Source: an uncultured Methylomirabilota bacterium (lineage in GTDB: Bacteria > Methylomirabilota > Methylomirabilia > Methylomirabilales > 2-02-FULL-66-22). From it: a stretch of 64,000 nucleotides of DNA. How positions within the stretch are numbered: position 1 is the first letter of the stretch; each line of letters starts with the position of its first letter. The notes below the pieces were generated by a model. It was not told the DNA's origin and ran no database searches. It was given only the letters and a program-made list of their open reading frames with translations. The position numbers were made by a program, and so were the translations under genes. Of the stretch, positions 7,766-18,239 are shown one piece after another. Location of the stretch: the NCBI GenBank assembly GCA_963727695.1, contig CAVSHW010000039.1, positions 7,770 to 71,769 of the forward strand, written 5' to 3'.

Positions 7766-8518
7766 TTACAGCAAGATCTCCCGCGTCAGACCGCGCACAT
7801 CCATCTCGTAGTCGATGTCCACCACCGGCGGGCGGGCGAAGTGCCAGGTCAGCCCGCCCCCTGCCGCCCCGCGCCGTACGATCTCGTCGACAAGGATCGG
7901 GAACACGTCGTGCACCGTATACAACTGCGTCGCGGTGACGTCTGTCCAGCCGACGCGGAGCGCCTGCATGCGGCGCTCCATTTCGCCGAGCACCCATCGG
8001 GCCTTCTCGCGCAGCCCCGCGGGGGATGTGTCTCCGCGGCGGATGATGTGATCCCGGTAGTTGCCCTTCCCCTCGGGTGCTTCGCCGCTGCCCGCGATCT
8101 GGAAGCTTTCGCGCGCGCCGGCGCGCGCCGGGACGGTGTAGGCGAACGCGTAGAAGCTCGGGGTCGCCGGCGGGTTGATCTCCGGGCAGACGTTCGAGCG
8201 GGCGACCGGATTCGCCTCGTCGCGGAAGATTCCCCATCGCTCCAGCGTGCCGACGTACAAGCGGTTGAACGCCCGGAAACTCTCCTCGGTGAAGGGAGCC
8301 GGCGAGCGCAGCTCGCAGGCGCAGAAGGCGGCGAGCGGCCGCCCGATGCCCGCCAGGTGCGCCGTGATCGTCTGGAAGCCCTCCTCGAGCGACACGGGCC
8401 GCAGGAACCGCGCCCGCTCGATCTCGAAACCCGTCTCGGCCGCGACCCCCGCCGAGTACTGAAACATCCCCTTCAAGTATCGGTAACCGCCAGTAGGATA
8501 GGCGGTGGCGCCGCCCAC
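7766..8518 (-). CDS. Conserved hypothetical protein (250 aa)
   Basis: Track ORF. GTG start with GAGGAGAAGG upstream. Globular, non-repetitive sequence (YRYLKGMFQYSAGVAAETGFEIERARF...). Family not confidently recognised. Confidence 0.6.
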   Translation of the reverse strand: MGGATAYPTGGYRYLKGMFQYSAGVAAETGFEIERARFLRPVSLEEGFQTITAHLAGIGRPLAAFCACELRSPAPFTEESFRAFNRLYVGTLERWGIFRDEANPVARSNVCPEINPPATPSFYAFAYTVPARAGARESFQIAGSGEAPEGKGNYRDHIIRRGDTSPAGLREKARWVLGEMERRMQALRVGWTDVTATQLYTVHDVFPILVDEIVRRGAAGGGLTWHFARPPVVDIDYEMDVRGLTREILL

Positions 8519-8602
8519 GTATCCTTCTCCTCGCGTTCTTGCCGACCTCCGACCCCCTGACCTCTGATCGCTGACCTCTGACCACTGGCTCCTGACCGCC
8601 TC

Positions 8603-9511
8603 TTACCTCCTGGAGATCTCCTCAAACTGCTTCAGGTATTTGGCGCGTAGGTCGGGGTCGCCGAGACTCATCGTCCCCCAGATGGATTGTCCCCTCCAGA
8701 AGAGATCCAGCTCTCCATGATAGGGGTCCTTCAAGCGATACGGCCCCTCTACGATATCCTTCCTCGAAGGATCAACCTGTTGCAGGTACTTCTCCAGCAT
8801 GCTTTGACAGTCATTTTGGCTCTCACCCTCGATGACGAAGAGCTGATACTTCTTGCCCGCGAGCTCATAGTCGGCGGTAAACCCGGAGTGGAAAAAGGAA
8901 TACCCCAGGAAGTCTTTGGCGATGAACTTCTCCGAATTCTTCCTCTTTCCTTCGAGAGGGAAAGAAGAAAGCACCCCGGGAAGCGAGGAGCGCCCTTCCA
9001 GCTCCTGGGACAGCCTTCGGGCGAAGGCGAGCAGGATCTCTTGATCGTCGGCTCCGGCGTTATCGCTGCTGAGCTTGACGTAAAAACTTCCCTTGATGAA
9101 GTTCAGGAAGCCGGCCTCGATGTACCCCTGGACGCCGATGTCCAGGAAGTTCGCATTGGAGAGGCGCTCCTGGCTGTAGATCCCGAAGGCGTGGTTGGCA
9201 TCGCGATGTCGGTACACCTCAACGGTCACCGACGCCTTCTTGTCGTTCTGATACTCGGCGACCTTCAGTTCCTGGAACTCGTACTTGAGGTAGAGATCCG
9301 CGCCTCCGTCGATGTATTCATAGAGCGTCTCAGGAGAAAAGAGTTGAGGTGGCCCCGCCTGCGTCCACCCGTCCATCTCGGGGAAAGCAAACTCCTTTCC
9401 TTCCGCCCTGGCAGTCCCACAAAGTATCCCGACCCACAGGATCACGCCTGCGAGACAGAGAATCGCAGGGGTCACGATCGACCCGGAGTTCTTCACCCCC
9501 GTTCCTCTCAT
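8603..9511 (-). CDS. Membrane-anchored/secreted hypothetical protein (302 aa)
   Basis: C-terminal part of the 711-aa track ORF. Own start MRGTGVKNSGSIVTPAILCLAGVILWV at 9511 with GGAGGGTGG upstream. Signal-anchor, then FPEMDGWTQAGPPQLFSPETLYEYIDGGADLYLKY. Confidence 0.7.
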   Translation of the reverse strand: MRGTGVKNSGSIVTPAILCLAGVILWVGILCGTARAEGKEFAFPEMDGWTQAGPPQLFSPETLYEYIDGGADLYLKYEFQELKVAEYQNDKKASVTVEVYRHRDANHAFGIYSQERLSNANFLDIGVQGYIEAGFLNFIKGSFYVKLSSDNAGADDQEILLAFARRLSQELEGRSSLPGVLSSFPLEGKRKNSEKFIAKDFLGYSFFHSGFTADYELAGKKYQLFVIEGESQNDCQSMLEKYLQQVDPSRKDIVEGPYRLKDPYHGELDLFWRGQSIWGTMSLGDPDLRAKYLKQFEEISRR

Positions 9512-9537
9512 CCACCCTCCCCTTTCCCGGTAGCCTA

Positions 9538-10738
9538 CTAGGCGAGGAGATCCGCCGGAACCTCTCGCAGACGCACGACATCCATGATCCGATCGGACAC
9601 CTTCCATTGATTGACGCATCTTACCGAGCAGGAGGGGCAATCGCCGCACAGGCCGGCGGGAAACTTCAGCGAAAGCAAGAGATCCTGGGCCGCACCGAAA
9701 TTCCGGTACCCGTGAAGATACATATAGGCGCGCATCAGTTCGGGAATCGGGAGCTGCTTCGCACACTGGCCCACGCAGCTTCCGCAGCCCTGGCAGTAGA
9801 GACCCGACAGCAGCGTGAGCCTTTCGCAGGTGCTCTTCCTCCGCTTTCGTGAGGGCCAGGTCCTTCATGATGGACAGGTCGAGATTCATCTGGTCAAAGG
9901 TGGTGAAGCCGGTGATGACGATATGGACGTTCGGATCCTGCAGAGCCCATTTTATCGCGGCCGAAACGTCCAACTGTTGCGACGCATAGGCTCCCCGAAC
10001 ATTGCCGCCGATGGTCTTCATCGCCACGGCCCCCAGGCCGGCCCCTGCTGCCTGAGCGATGGCGCTCTTCACGTCCGCCGAATGCTTCTGCCGATAATTG
10101 TAGGCCGTCAAGACCACGTCATAGATCTTGGATTCGGTGGCCGCCTTGATCACCTCCGGCTCGTTCCGATGGGTGGAGACCCCTATGAAGCGAATCTTCC
10201 CCGCCTTCTTCGCCTTTTCCAAAGCCCTGAGGATCGGCTCGTACAGGGTGGCTTCCTTTGTCCAGACGCCATGGTGATGGTAGATCTCGATGAAATCCAG
10301 CCCCAAGCTCTTCAGACTGGTGTCAATCTTCTTCGTGTAGGCTTCTTCCGTCGCCTCTCCCGAATACATCCCGGTGTTCTGATCCTTGGGAAGGCTCGCC
10401 TTGGTGGAAATCACGAAGGAATCCCGGGGGCGGCCCTTCAGAATCTCCCCGATCATCGCCTCGTTCGTGCCTCTTTGATAGCCCTGGGCGGTATCCAGGT
10501 GGACCATGCCAGCATCCAGCGCGGCCCGAGGCAGGTCGGGATTGTCGGTATTCATCACCCCCATGGTAATCACGGGGAGCCTGAGACCCGTCTTCCCCAG
10601 CACGCGGTAGATCATATTGGGCTTGGCGCCCGCCGGCTCCTCCGGCTTCTTCTCGTTTGCGCTGAGATACACGAACCCCCCCAGCCCAACCGTGGACTTC
10701 AGGAATTCTCTCCTCCCCATCGCGGTCTTCTCAGTCAT
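9538..10738 (-). pseudogene. Tat-signal aldo/keto reductase with C-terminal Fe-S (Cys-rich) domain, frameshifted at about 9800-9835 (or assembly error)
   Basis: N-part in the frame of ORF 8603..10738: MTEKTAMGRREFLK (Tat signal), then the AKR core ...DTAQGYQRGTNE...IGVSTH... up to ...TKAEEEHL. The C-part continues in the frame of ORF 9538..9774: (ERLTLLSGLYCQGCGSCV)GQCAKQLPIPELMRAYMYLHGY...CGDCPSCSVRC. Confidence 0.75.
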
Positions 10739-10793
10739 CTCTCAATCCCTCCAGTAATATCGGTCCCACCCCGAGCCAGATGTCCGTGCCTAA

Positions 10794-10984
10794 CAGGATG
10801 CTGAAAGACTCACTTTTCGGCAGGCTGCTCAAAAGGGCCCAGATGCTAGGCGGCCCGCGAAGGGCGGGGTACCCACCGCGGGTGGGTCCAGGCGTACTTC
10901 CGGTACGCCGCAGCGAGTGCCCGAGCAAGCGGGGTACCCAGCCGCCGGCTGGGTCCCCGCAGATGGGCCCTTTTCAGCAGCCTG
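10794..10984 (+). repeat. Nested-palindrome repeat family 1, copy A
   Basis: CAGGCTGCTCAAAAGGGCCCAGATGC...GGCGTACttccgGTACGCCGCAGCGAGTGC...GCAGATGGGCCCTTTTCAGCAGCCTG. A degenerate outer motif lies at 10794-10810. The right end abuts the glgP stop codon. Confidence 0.9.
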
Positions 10985-13516
<2,532 letters not shown>

Positions 13517-13631
13517 CTCCTCGCCCTGTGTAGTTCAAAACAACAGCAAGAGCATCCTATCTCACCCGTTCACCTTCCACTTTATAGGTTACCAGGTCAA
13601 GGGCTTTAGCGGAAGGAATTACGCTCACACG

Positions 13632-15014
13632 TCAGGCCAGGATCCGATCCAGGTAGCCGAGATACTCCTGTGGCGACCCATCCCGCGGAAGCTCCCCATC
13701 CAGGACAGCCTGTTCCAGCCGGCTTCTTAGCTCGCCCACCCGGGGACCCGCCTCGATCCTCAGGTGGGCCATGATGGCCTGCCCGATGCCCTTCGGCAGG
13801 AGGGGAGCCTGCCCGTCCTTCTCGATCAAGCCGGCAGCCCGAGCCTGAAGGTCGGCCAGCCGCGCCAGGACCCCTTCGCGGATGCCGGGCCGGTGCGAGG
13901 TCACATCGGCCCGGCTGAGGTCCAGCAGATCGGGGAACACCTCTCCCGCGTCGCGGATCAAGCGTCGCACGGCCCCATCGGTCCAGCCGCCATCGTACAG
14001 GGCCGGTCGCTGGTGGAGGAGCACCAGTGTTCGGACCTGCTGGTGCAGCGCCCGGTCGAAGCGGAACCGGCGTGCCGCCTCGTCCACGATCGCCGCCGAC
14101 ACCGTCTCGTGCCCGAAGAAGTGAACCTCGCCCGCGGGGTCCACCGACCGAGTCGTGACCTTGCCGGCATCATGCAGGAGCGCGGCCCAGCGCACGGGGA
14201 GGCTGCGAGGCGCCTGGCTGAGAACCCCCAGCGTGTGCGGCCAGAGCGCTTTGTGGTGGTACCGGCCCTGATCCGCCCTGAACTCCACCATGGCCTGCCC
14301 CGCCGGCCAGAGGTGGGCCAGTAGTCCCGTCTCCACCAGGAAGATCAGCCCGTCGTCGGCCGCCTCGGCCACCAGAATCTTGTTCATCTCCAGGAGCCAC
14401 CGCTCGCGGCTGACCGTCAGGATCTCGCTCGCTACCTCCCGGACGACCTCGGTGAGCTCGGGCTCCGGCTTCATGCCGAGCGTGGCGATGAACCGTGCGG
14501 CGCGCAGCGTCCTGAGCGGGTCTTCCCGGAAGATGACCCGCGGCTCGCCGACGGTCCGCAGCGCCCCCTGGGCAAGGTCGCGATCCCCTCCGTAGGGGTC
14601 GATCAGATGCCCATCCGCCGCCATGGCCATGGCGTTGATCGAAAAATCTCGCCGGGCGAGGTCCTCCAGCAAGTCCTTGCCGAACGTCACCCGCGGCTTT
14701 CGGCTTCCGTTGACGTAGAGCTCGCCGCGATACGTCGTGATCTGGATTTGCCGCCGCCGAACCGCCCCCTCCAAGAACGTCCCCACGGTGCCGAACCGGC
14801 TCCCGACCATGAACACCGGGAAGCCGGCCCGACGCAGCAATCGAGTGCTCTCGGCGGGGAGCGCGCTGGTGGCGAAGTCCAGGTCGGGAAGCTCCTCGAT
14901 CGGCGCGCCGCGCTGATAGTCGCGCACGGCTCCGCCCACGAGGTACAGCTCGTGTCCCACGCCGATGAACAGCTCGAATAGTCGAGCGATTTGGGGATCG
15001 AGTTTTGCTTTCAT
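13632..15014 (-). CDS. cca: CCA-adding tRNA nucleotidyltransferase / poly(A) polymerase family with HD domain
   Basis: LYLVGGAVRDY...DLDFAT head domain and the HD-domain motif LLHDAGK. Start MKAKLDP at 15014 with an AGGTGA RBS, inside track ORF 13632..15053. Confidence 0.8.
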   Translation of the reverse strand: MKAKLDPQIARLFELFIGVGHELYLVGGAVRDYQRGAPIEELPDLDFATSALPAESTRLLRRAGFPVFMVGSRFGTVGTFLEGAVRRRQIQITTYRGELYVNGSRKPRVTFGKDLLEDLARRDFSINAMAMAADGHLIDPYGGDRDLAQGALRTVGEPRVIFREDPLRTLRAARFIATLGMKPEPELTEVVREVASEILTVSRERWLLEMNKILVAEAADDGLIFLVETGLLAHLWPAGQAMVEFRADQGRYHHKALWPHTLGVLSQAPRSLPVRWAALLHDAGKVTTRSVDPAGEVHFFGHETVSAAIVDEAARRFRFDRALHQQVRTLVLLHQRPALYDGGWTDGAVRRLIRDAGEVFPDLLDLSRADVTSHRPGIREGVLARLADLQARAAGLIEKDGQAPLLPKGIGQAIMAHLRIEAGPRVGELRSRLEQAVLDGELPRDGSPQEYLGYLDRILA

Positions 15015-15049
15015 CTCACCTGATACGCGCCGATTTCGGCGGAACGCCG

Positions 15050-15086
15050 CCAATGGAAAAGCCCTAAGATCGCCGGCCTTAGGGCT
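15050..15086 (-). terminator. Terminator/attenuator-like hairpin upstream of cca
   Basis: Minus sense: AGCCCTAAG-gccggcgat-CTTAGGGCT followed by TTTCCATTGG. About 36 nt upstream of the cca start. Confidence 0.5.
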
Positions 15087-15119
15087 CGCAACACCACACA
15101 GGGACGAGTCGGAAGCGCC

Positions 15120-15245
15120 CTACGGCCCTGCTCCGGCTGCGAGAACCCGGTGCGTCGCTCGGGCAGAGGCGGACGCCCGGCTGTCCTTGCCTCTCCTCTT
15201 CGACTCTTCCTGGTCTGACGCCTGACGTCGCCGTTCGCGGGGCAT
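15120..15245 (-). CDS. Possible 41-aa Arg-rich leader peptide
   Basis: GGAGAGAGGAAG RBS, then ATG at 15245: MPRERRRQASDQEESKRRGKDSRASASARATHRVLAAGAGP. In frame with track ORF 15120..15323. Confidence 0.3.
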   Translation of the reverse strand: MPRERRRQASDQEESKRRGKDSRASASARATHRVLAAGAGP

Positions 15246-15279
15246 CTTCCTCTCTCCGACTTCCATTGCAGCCAAATGG

Positions 15280-15308
15280 ACTATCGGAGACTGGCCGGTT
15301 CTTGTCAA
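15280..15308 (-). promoter_or_regulatory. Candidate sigma70-type promoter
   Basis: Minus strand: TTGACA (15308-15303), a 17-nt spacer, GATAGT (15285-15280). Sits just after the upstream operon's terminator hairpin. Confidence 0.4.
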
Positions 15309-15331
15309 GTGGAAAGGCCGCACAGAAGAGC

Positions 15332-15365
15332 AGAGGCCCCGCCGGAGCGAGCCGGCGAGGCCTCT
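15332..15365 (-). terminator. Hairpin terminating the sugar-ABC/dehydrogenase operon
   Basis: AGAGGCC-C-CGCCGG-agcgag-CCGGCG-A-GGCCTCT (13 bp). On the minus strand it is followed by GCTCTTCTGTG. 60 nt past the stop at 15424. Confidence 0.5.
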
Positions 15366-15423
15366 CGAACCGTGAGCGGGGCGCCGCTGAATCCGTGATC
15401 GTCCCCGTGGAGATGTGAACAGG

Positions 15424-16395
15424 CTACTTCAGGGCCTCCGGGTTGATGATGCCCTCGGGACGGCGCCCCTCGAGGACATCCACGATCGCCTGGGCCGCAT
15501 GCGTGGCCATCCGGATGACGCACTCGACTGTGAGACCCGCCGAGTGCGGCGAGAGCAGCACATTGGGCAGTCCAAAGAGCGGATTGTCCGCCGTGGGCGG
15601 CTCGGGATCAAAGACGTCGAGTCCGGCGCCGGCAATGACGCCGTGTTTGAGTGCCGTGACCAGCGCCGCTTCGTCCACGATGGGCCCGCGCGCGCAGTTG
15701 ATCAGGAAGGCGGACCGCTTCATCATCTTGAACTGCACCTCGCCGATCATGCCTTTGGTCTCAGGATTCGAAGGCACATGCAGCGTGATGAAATCCGAGG
15801 CGTTGAGGATCTCTGGAATGGACGCGACGCGGGCGCCGGCCTTCTCCATGGTCTCCCTGGGAACCAGCGGGTCGTAGGCCAGTACCTCCATGTTGAAGGC
15901 CGCCTTGGCCTTCTGGCACACCAGCATGCCGATTCGCCCCATCCCGAGGACTCCGACCGTCTTCCCGTCCAGATCGAAGGCCGCGTAGCTGTTACGGACC
16001 TCCCAGTCGTTCTTTCGGGTGGCTGCGTCGTAGGGCACGATCCGCTTCGCCCAGGCCAGCATAAAGGCCAGAACGTGCTCGGCCACCGACAGGGCGTTGG
16101 CTCGGGGCGTGATGCACACCAGGACCTTGCGCCGGGTCGCCGCCGCCACATCGATGTTGTCGTAGCCCACGCCGTGTCGGGCAATGATCTTGAGACCGGG
16201 GGCGGCTTCGATCACCGACGCCGGGATCGGCGCCGTTCGCACCAGCATGCCCGCACAGTCGCGAACCTCGCGGACCAGCGTCGCCTCGGATGCATCCGAC
16301 GCCACGCGCGCCTCGAATTTCTCCGTCAGTACTCGCATGCCTGATTCGTGGATGGGCTGGGAAACGAGAACCTTCTGCTTGCCTGTCGCTGCCAT
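15424..16395 (-). CDS. D-isomer-specific 2-hydroxyacid dehydrogenase (PGDH-like)
   Basis: GVGYDNIDV and the NAD fold GKTVGVLGMGRIGMLV. Start MAATGKQKVLV at 16395 with a GGAGGAG RBS. Confidence 0.9.
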   Translation of the reverse strand: MAATGKQKVLVSQPIHESGMRVLTEKFEARVASDASEATLVREVRDCAGMLVRTAPIPASVIEAAPGLKIIARHGVGYDNIDVAAATRRKVLVCITPRANALSVAEHVLAFMLAWAKRIVPYDAATRKNDWEVRNSYAAFDLDGKTVGVLGMGRIGMLVCQKAKAAFNMEVLAYDPLVPRETMEKAGARVASIPEILNASDFITLHVPSNPETKGMIGEVQFKMMKRSAFLINCARGPIVDEAALVTALKHGVIAGAGLDVFDPEPPTADNPLFGLPNVLLSPHSAGLTVECVIRMATHAAQAIVDVLEGRRPEGIINPEALK

Positions 16396-16469
16396 GACTC
16401 CTCCGTCTGTGTGCCGGCCGCGCCGATGCCGCAAGGCGCGCCGGCGGTTTGGTTTCCTCCGCCGCGCTG

Positions 16470-17318
16470 CTACTCCTTGAGCCCCCCGGCCGTCATCCCC
16501 TGCACGATGTGCCGCTGCACCAGGAGGATGAGGAGCAGGATGGGGAGTGTGATCATCGTGGCGGCGGCGCTAAGGCCTCCCCAGTCGATCTCGTCCCCCG
16601 AGATGAAATTGAAGACCGCCACGGGGAGCGTCCGTCGCTCCGGGCCCGTGAGGATGAGGGCGAAGATGAAGTTGTTCCAGGAGAAGATGAAGCCGAGGAT
16701 GGTGGCCGTGGCGAGGGACGTCCGGCAGACGGGCAGCGAGATGCGCGTGAACACCCGCCAGCGGGAGCAGCCGTCGATCCGCGCCGCCTCTTCCAGCTCC
16801 AGCGGCACGTCCTCGAAGGCGCCGATCATGATCCAGACGACGATTGGGAGGGTGATGACGAGGTGGGTGAGGATCATGCAGGCGTAGGTGTCGATCCAGC
16901 CGAGCTTCTGGAACAGGATGAAGAAGGGCACCACGTAGCTCAGGTGCGGGGCCATGCGCGCGACCAGGATGCCCAGGGCGACGCCCCGCTGCCGGTACCG
17001 CGCGATGGCATGCGCCGCGGGCAGGCCCAGCGCCAGCGCCAGGAGTGTCGCCCCGCCGCTCACCACGATACTGTTCTCGATGTATTTCAAGAACTGGTCG
17101 GCAACGAAGACTTTGTAGAAGTTCTCGAAGGTCGGATGAAAAAGGAAGAGCGGCGGCGAGGCGGTATTCTGCACCTGGGTCTTGAGACCGCCCAGGACCA
17201 TCCAATAGAAGACGAAGACGAAGGGGACGCAGATCGCCACCACGCCGATATAGTAGGCCGCGTCGGCAAGCATCTTCCGGGTCGGCCGGGGTCGGCTGAA
17301 CGGCCTCAGTAGCTCCAC
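16470..17318 (-). CDS. CUT1 sugar ABC transporter permease (MalG-like)
   Basis: Six-TM protein with the EAA loop LEEAARIDGCSRWRVF. Overlaps the upstream permease stop. Confidence 0.9.
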   Translation of the reverse strand: MELLRPFSRPRPTRKMLADAAYYIGVVAICVPFVFVFYWMVLGGLKTQVQNTASPPLFLFHPTFENFYKVFVADQFLKYIENSIVVSGGATLLALALGLPAAHAIARYRQRGVALGILVARMAPHLSYVVPFFILFQKLGWIDTYACMILTHLVITLPIVVWIMIGAFEDVPLELEEAARIDGCSRWRVFTRISLPVCRTSLATATILGFIFSWNNFIFALILTGPERRTLPVAVFNFISGDEIDWGGLSAAATMITLPILLLILLVQRHIVQGMTAGGLKE

Positions 17319-18232
17319 GAGCGCTCTCGCAGTTTGATCAGCAACAGATTCACGGCAAAGACAAAGAGGACGAGGATCACCGCCAGCGCCGAAGCGTAGC
17401 CGATGTGAAAATACTTGAAGCCCGTCTGGAAGGTGTAGATGTTCAGGATCTCCGTGGCGTTATTGGGTCCCCCCTCGGTCATCACGTAAATCGTGTCAAA
17501 CGTCTTCAGGGAATCCATCGTCCGAAAGATCAGCGACACCGCGATCGACGGGCGAAGCAGCGGCAGCGTGACGTACCGGAACGTCTGCCAGCGAGAGGCC
17601 CCGTCGATCCGCGCTGCCTCGAACGGCGTGACGGGGAGCGACTGCAAGCCGGAGTGGAGGATGAGAACCATGAACGGCGTCCACTTCCAAGTGTCCATCA
17701 GGATCAGAGACGGGAGGGCCGTGCGGGGATGGCCCAACCACAGGAGCGGCTTCAGGCCGAGGCACGCCAGGAAGTAGTTCAGAATCCCCAGGCTGGGATT
17801 GAACATGATCACCCAGATCAGGGCCACTGCCACCGGCGTAGAGACCATGGGCAAGAGCATAACGGTGCGCACCAGACCCCGACCGTGAAACTCGCGATGA
17901 AGGTACACGGCGATGGCCAGGCCCAACACCAACTGGAGCACGACGCTGACGGTGGTGAATTTGACCGTGACCCAGAGGGCATTCCAGAACCGGGCGTCTT
18001 TCCCGAAGATCTCCAGATAGTTCTTGAGCCCGATGAAGGCGGGCGGCGTGACGCTCGACACGAACCACGCCTGGAGGCTCATGTAGATGTTGAAGACTAG
18101 AGGAAAGATGATCAGCGCCGCGATGCTGAGCGCCGCCGGGAGCGGGAAGAGCCGCCCGAAGTGCCGCTCCAAAAACTCCCCGGGCGCTGAGGCCCGGGGA
18201 GGTGCGGCTTCGGATGGAATCTGGATGGCCAT
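17306..18232 (-). CDS. CUT1 sugar ABC transporter permease (MalF-like)
   Basis: EAA loop FEAARIDGASRWQTF. Start MAIQIPSE at 18232, 8 nt after the SBP stop. Confidence 0.9.
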   Translation of the reverse strand: MAIQIPSEAAPPRASAPGEFLERHFGRLFPLPAALSIAALIIFPLVFNIYMSLQAWFVSSVTPPAFIGLKNYLEIFGKDARFWNALWVTVKFTTVSVVLQLVLGLAIAVYLHREFHGRGLVRTVMLLPMVSTPVAVALIWVIMFNPSLGILNYFLACLGLKPLLWLGHPRTALPSLILMDTWKWTPFMVLILHSGLQSLPVTPFEAARIDGASRWQTFRYVTLPLLRPSIAVSLIFRTMDSLKTFDTIYVMTEGGPNNATEILNIYTFQTGFKYFHIGYASALAVILVLFVFAVNLLLIKLRERSWSY

Positions 18233-18239
18233 CGGAAGG

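Noticed and set aside
8603-10738. 711-aa ORF as a single fusion protein
   Set aside because: It is a chimera. The AKR N-part runs out of frame after about 9830, and the nonsense read-through merges into the separate gene at 8603-9511, which has its own RBS and start. The real AKR C-terminus is in the frame of ORF 9538..9774.
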